A DNA stretch of 64,000 nt, from IMG/VR virus record IMGVR_UViG_2778261223_000007, positions 12,132 through 76,131 of that record; one strand, 5' to 3'. The translations under genes were made by a program, and so were the position numbers. Source of the DNA: a virus. Lineage: Duplodnaviria; Heunggongvirae; Uroviricota; Caudoviricetes. Of the stretch, positions 60,262-64,000 are shown piece by piece; position 1 is the first letter of the stretch, and every line of letters begins with the position of its first letter. The notes below the pieces were generated by a model. That model was given only the letters and a program-made list of their open reading frames with translations, had not been told where the DNA came from and ran no database searches.

Positions 60262-60300
60262 AGCCAAAAAGCAGGCTTAATAGTAAGCCTGCTATGTCAA

Positions 60301-61134
60301 TCACGAATCTCTCTGACAATTCAGAAACATAAACGCCCGCTTGTCTGTTAAATCCGTAACATAATACTCTCTCATGCCTGTAGGTTTTATTCTACGAGCA
60401 TATACAAACTTATGAACTGGTTGTTTTTCCCCATAACTTACATCAGTCCTAAATTCATCAACCACGCTACCATCTTTTTCAGTTTCCTTTCTCACTAGCT
60501 GATTTTCTAATACAGGCTTTGATTCGTCCATGCCACTAAAAGCATCCTGACCTGTGCTGTTGCCTCGGTTTCCGCGTGGCAAATCCCATGAAAAATAAGT
60601 GCCATAGTCAGTAATCACACGATCCCATGTTCCGGAATCCCCCATATAGTTAGAACGCTCCCCCTTGTAAGTTACAGCCACCTTACAGGCATACGTTTCA
60701 CCATTATTTTTTTTATCATGTCCAGCCATGCTTGCAGGAGTTGCAGGGGAATTATGAATAGATGCGCTTACATCATCTTGCGTTAATTTCTCAACTGGAG
60801 CAAATTCATATATGGGTGTGCCGAGGCTATTTAAATATAACTTATATCTAACCCTAAGCGCACTTCCATCTGAGAATTCATACGTTCCCAGGCATTGGAG
60901 CTTATTGTTTTCTCTTATCTCATTGATCTGATTATAAGCATCAATTACAGAGATTGCTTCCTGCTCGTCCTTCAGCAGTTCATTATAATCATCGATTAAC
61001 ATCTGCCTAGTTTTAGGGGAATTGCAGTCAATTTTGCTAAAATCATAAGCAAAGGTGAGTGTGGGAACAAAAAGAGCAACAACAGTAGCTAGTATTGTTG
61101 AGGAAAATCTTTTTCCATTTTTTATAAAAAACAT
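60301..61134 (-). CDS. secreted protein of unknown function
   Basis: 277 aa from ATG 61134, 9 nt after GGAG (the ORF track starts at 61212). Signal peptide MFFIKNGKRFSSTILATVVALFVPTLTFA|YD. Confidence 0.55.
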   Translation of the reverse strand: MFFIKNGKRFSSTILATVVALFVPTLTFAYDFSKIDCNSPKTRQMLIDDYNELLKDEQEAISVIDAYNQINEIRENNKLQCLGTYEFSDGSALRVRYKLYLNSLGTPIYEFAPVEKLTQDDVSASIHNSPATPASMAGHDKKNNGETYACKVAVTYKGERSNYMGDSGTWDRVITDYGTYFSWDLPRGNRGNSTGQDAFSGMDESKPVLENQLVRKETEKDGSVVDEFRTDVSYGEKQPVHKFVYARRIKPTGMREYYVTDLTDKRAFMFLNCQRDS

Positions 61135-61322
61135 TTCATTAACTCCATACCTTACCATCTTAGCCGCGAGCGCGGTCCCTAAAACCATTAACTTCACTGC
61201 ACCGTCCTTCATGCAATCAAAATGACTTTTATGTTATAAAAATAATCAGCCAAATCAACATGATTTAGGCCAAATTTCTGTCAAAAAATAAAATCCACAA
61301 AAAGTGGTTGACACTATTTTGG

Positions 61323-61343
61323 AAATCACAAACTGCACATAAT
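61323..61343 (+). promoter_or_regulatory. candidate late promoter AAATCACA-AACTGCA-CATAAT
   Basis: Motif copy, unusually 137 nt upstream of the next ATG, with a terminator in between. Confidence 0.5.
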
Positions 61344-61427
61344 CCATCGCGCTAACGGCTCCCGTTGAAGGTTCTTTTGACGATTAACTTTCAGCCGAAG
61401 CGCGGTAGGGAGTCATAACGCCAAAGC

Positions 61428-61452
61428 AGGCCGCCATGTGCGGCCTTTTTTT
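61428..61452 (+). terminator. intrinsic terminator inside the leader
   Basis: AGGCCGC-CATGT-GCGGCCT followed by T7; ends 28 nt before ATG 61480. Confidence 0.8.
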
Positions 61453-61479
61453 GTATCCGTCATCCGTGGAGGAAGGACA

Positions 61480-62133
61480 ATGGAAAAGATCGCAATATTC
61501 AGCCTGACCACCAGCAAGCCTCAAATGCTCACTGCAATACTGAAAGACGGTGCTCTCATTATTAACGAAGTAAAACCCCTTCCCGCGTCAGCATTGGAGC
61601 AAAAGCAAAAAATTCCTCCAGCTATAGCAGCCCTGCGGAAAAGCAAATTTAAGGTACTGGTAGACGAAATTACGCCAACGATCTCCGCTGGCACCGGAGC
61701 AAGCCAGGTGACTCTCAAGACCCGTCATGCCGATGGCAGAGCAGCAATCATCGTCGGGATGGAAAGATACAGAGAGTTAAAACTCCAGAAGCTATTATCC
61801 CTGCCGCAAAATAACAAAGGTGCTTTCGAAATCCCTGACTCCATCGTTGACACCGAATACAACGGTAACGGAGAAGAAGTCTACCGGGTGAACTGGCAGG
61901 ATATCAGGCCGGAGCATATTTTGATGATCCTGTGTTGCTACGCGACCGTATACCACAATGTTGCCAGTGCGGATTACGTAGAGCAGATGACCGGTACAGT
62001 CGAGAAAGAGCAAAAAACAGGCATACTCGCTTCGTTCCTGTCCATTATTGGGCATGAAAAAGTTAAAGCAGGCACCTCCCAGCCAAAGTCACTGACTGGG
62101 AAAGAAGTTGATGAAGATACCGTGATACTTTGA
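61480..62133 (+). CDS. hypothetical late protein
   Basis: 217 aa from ATG 61480, which follows GGAGGAAGG. The ORF-track GTG 61438 would read through the terminator hairpin. Confidence 0.55.
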   Translation: MEKIAIFSLTTSKPQMLTAILKDGALIINEVKPLPASALEQKQKIPPAIAALRKSKFKVLVDEITPTISAGTGASQVTLKTRHADGRAAIIVGMERYRELKLQKLLSLPQNNKGAFEIPDSIVDTEYNGNGEEVYRVNWQDIRPEHILMILCCYATVYHNVASADYVEQMTGTVEKEQKTGILASFLSIIGHEKVKAGTSQPKSLTGKEVDEDTVIL

Positions 62134-62268
62134 TCACATTAGTAGCTTTGTTAACTCCCTCAATACCAGGTAGAAGAGTAACAAAAATATTGACGCCAGT
62201 ATTTGCGTGGTCAATGAAGCGTTCATAAACAGATCAATTAGCATTAATAATTCGAAGATAACATCCAT
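62134..62268 (-). CDS. 44-aa hydrophobic peptide
   Basis: MDVIFELLMLIDLFMNASLTTQILASIFLLLFYLVLRELTKLLM. GGAGTG SD upstream. Below the ORF-track cutoff. Confidence 0.35.
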   Translation of the reverse strand: MDVIFELLMLIDLFMNASLTTQILASIFLLLFYLVLRELTKLLM

Positions 62269-62409
62269 GTCATTCACTCCGTTTAATTTTTAATCTAATG
62301 CCAGCAAATGAAGCTGGCCCCCGCATAAAGATTAATGAAAGTCACTTGTCACCAGTGAGGGGATTTATGAACCACATCCCCCTGAACTGGTGGCCTGTCT
62401 GTTTCTCGC

Positions 62410-62430
62410 ATTTCACACCCTGCATACAGT
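62410..62430 (+). promoter_or_regulatory. candidate late promoter ATTTCACA-CCCTGCA-TACAGT
   Basis: Variant motif copy 32 nt upstream of ATG 62462. Confidence 0.45.
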
Positions 62431-62461
62431 TTCCCCCAGGTTATGACTGAGAGGCTTTGTT

Positions 62462-62791
62462 ATGGGCTATAGCAGACTCGACGATAGGTACATTGAAGAC
62501 GATATTTTTCGTGCGCTGTTTCACCAGGAAATGATTAAGCGGGTATCGGAGTATCACTCTGATAATTTCCAGTACACGATAAAGATTGATGAAGTATATC
62601 GTTCAGACCTTGCAGCCTACCGGGCGTATGGCAATGCAGATTTGCGCTGGGTATTCCGGGTGCTGGTGGGCCATGAGTCAGAAATGGAAGAAATGCCCGC
62701 CGGGACCACGTTAACTCTTCCTGATGTGGCATGGCTGAGGAACAAGATCCGTGATTACGCGAGCGCGGAACCGGAGATAGAAAATGCCTGA
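62462..62791 (+). CDS. tail-protein-X-like (LysM-like) small protein
   Basis: 109 aa. YTIKIDEVYRSDLAAYRAYGNADLRWVF...GTTLTLPD resembles P2 gpX-type proteins. Confidence 0.4.
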   Translation: MGYSRLDDRYIEDDIFRALFHQEMIKRVSEYHSDNFQYTIKIDEVYRSDLAAYRAYGNADLRWVFRVLVGHESEMEEMPAGTTLTLPDVAWLRNKIRDYASAEPEIENA

Positions 62792-63926
62792 TTTCCTGAA
62801 AAACCAGGACGGGCGCTATATCACTGACGGCCTGTCCTCTAAGGACTTCACGCGTTTATTCGACCTTATCAGGAAAGAACAAACCCGTAAGCGCCGACAA
62901 GCTCACCGGACGCTGACGCCAGGTAGACTGAGGAACAAATCCGCCGAAGATATTCTCAAGTTAGGGAAGAAAAAAGGCGGCACGTTCTTCACGCGAGACG
63001 ACCTGAAAGGTTTCGAAAAGCTACGGAGTAAAACACGCGAAAAATATGACAGCAAGACGGCTGGCATCACATACGCCCAGCTGGTGGCATCCAGCCAGGC
63101 AATCGATATTAAGCGTGCAAATAACGCCGTGGATGACGGATCTGGTATCAAAAGAGCTACACCCGTATCTCTTCGCCACAACGTGATTAATATCCGCGTA
63201 GAAGCATCGAATATATCCGTCCACCAGCACCATATCGTCCGGATACGCTTTGAAGAATGGGATCAGATGGTCGATGACATCGCAGAAGACGATAAATCAG
63301 CTCTGAAAATCACTAAATCACTGTGCGCCGGGCGGGTGTCTTTCGATTGTGACTGTGGTCGTCATCAATACTGGTATCGTTACATCGCTACTGCGGGTAA
63401 CTTTGCCCTGGCCCCGCCAAAAGAATACGCCTATCCAAAAGTTCGTAACCCTAAGCTACAAGGCGTCGCCTGTAAACACGTGATCCACTCAATGACGCGG
63501 TTACAGTCCGCCAGTTGGCAAATGAGTATTGCTCGTGCGTTACAAAAGGCTGCAACGCAAATTGCATTTGGTGACGATCGCCGCCGTACAACCAAACACT
63601 TCTCAAAAGAAGACGAGAGGGAGTTTAATCGCAATCGCAACAGTAAAACAAACGTTGACGCTGCCAAGCGCGAATGGAGGCTCTATCAGAAGCGCCAGGC
63701 AGCTTTAAGTACAAAACTGGCAAAGGACAACGGCAAGATCGACAAGCTACGTGACCAATTGACCAGGGCCAGAAAGTTGTCAGACGCACAGAAAAAACGG
63801 GCGGCTGCAAAAGAAGCGGCCTTGCAACGAGAGAAACAGAAAAACAAGGAGCTTCAGCAACGCCTTGCCGATCAGTTCGCACTGAAGAAGCAGGCGTTCA
63901 TTGATGCGCTTGTCATGGCAGGATGA
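62784..63926 (+). CDS. SWIM zinc-finger protein with basic coiled-coil tails
   Basis: 380 aa. CDCGRHQYWYRY...GVACKHVIH fits the CxC..CxH SWIM pattern. Confidence 0.5.
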   Translation: MPDFLKNQDGRYITDGLSSKDFTRLFDLIRKEQTRKRRQAHRTLTPGRLRNKSAEDILKLGKKKGGTFFTRDDLKGFEKLRSKTREKYDSKTAGITYAQLVASSQAIDIKRANNAVDDGSGIKRATPVSLRHNVINIRVEASNISVHQHHIVRIRFEEWDQMVDDIAEDDKSALKITKSLCAGRVSFDCDCGRHQYWYRYIATAGNFALAPPKEYAYPKVRNPKLQGVACKHVIHSMTRLQSASWQMSIARALQKAATQIAFGDDRRRTTKHFSKEDEREFNRNRNSKTNVDAAKREWRLYQKRQAALSTKLAKDNGKIDKLRDQLTRARKLSDAQKKRAAAKEAALQREKQKNKELQQRLADQFALKKQAFIDALVMAG

Positions 63927-63976
63927 ACCGCCCCGGAAATCCTGGAGACTAAACTCCCTGAGAAAGAGGTAAACAG

Positions 63977-64000
63977 GATGACTAAAAATACTCGTTTTTC
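63977..64000 (+). CDS. start of the next late gene (truncated by the window end)
   Basis: ATG 63977 follows GAGAAAGAGG; MTKNTRF... Confidence 0.4.

Noticed and set aside
61438-61479. GTG 61438 as the start of the 61480 gene (ORF-track call)
   Set aside because: That extension would be translated through the terminator hairpin and T7 tract. ATG 61480 has a strong GGAGGAAGG SD.
1-64000. Insertion sequences or transposons (P1 carries IS1)
   Set aside because: I recognised no transposase-like ORF and no terminal inverted repeats with target duplications. cin is an invertase, not a transposase.

Overview
This window is about 64 kb of a P1-family temperate phage or phage-plasmid, and it looks like phage D6 rather than P1. 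It carries an exact 32-bp rox site (42988-43019) next to a Cre-like recombinase whose sequence I recognise as Dre.

Gene order, left to right:
- sit (3' part), baseplate genes, R, and tail fibre S with a Cin-invertible C segment (Sv-U / U'-Sv')
- cin and the Dar antirestriction operon (holin-like genes, hdf, darA, ddrA, a ddrB-like gene)
- an AT-rich two-gene insert
- portal and prohead protease
- a wHTH gene
- a first icd/ant immunity-I-like module
- an NlpC/P60-type hydrolase
- the giant darB, plus ulx/lxc-like genes
- small early genes, including a VRR-NUC nuclease
- an ORF-poor, hairpin-dense RNA locus of about 3.4 kb with four tRNAs and tciABC
- lpa-pacA-pacB, then a c1-position gene
- rox-dre, then an early operon with dUTPase
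- phd-doc and humD with a LexA box
- a long leftward early operon, then ref
- a second icd/ant module
- an AT-rich three-gene island
- the start of another late operon

Two dispersed regulatory motifs stand out. One is TTTCTAACA, a repressor-operator-like motif with at least 10 exact copies. The other is AAAT(C/A)ACA-N7-YAYNNT, a late-promoter-like motif with 8 copies.

The most unusual region is 33.9-37.4 kb, which holds structured RNA, a family of related hairpins and a tRNA-like element. All homology calls rest on motif recognition and memory of the P1/D6 literature; no searches were run.
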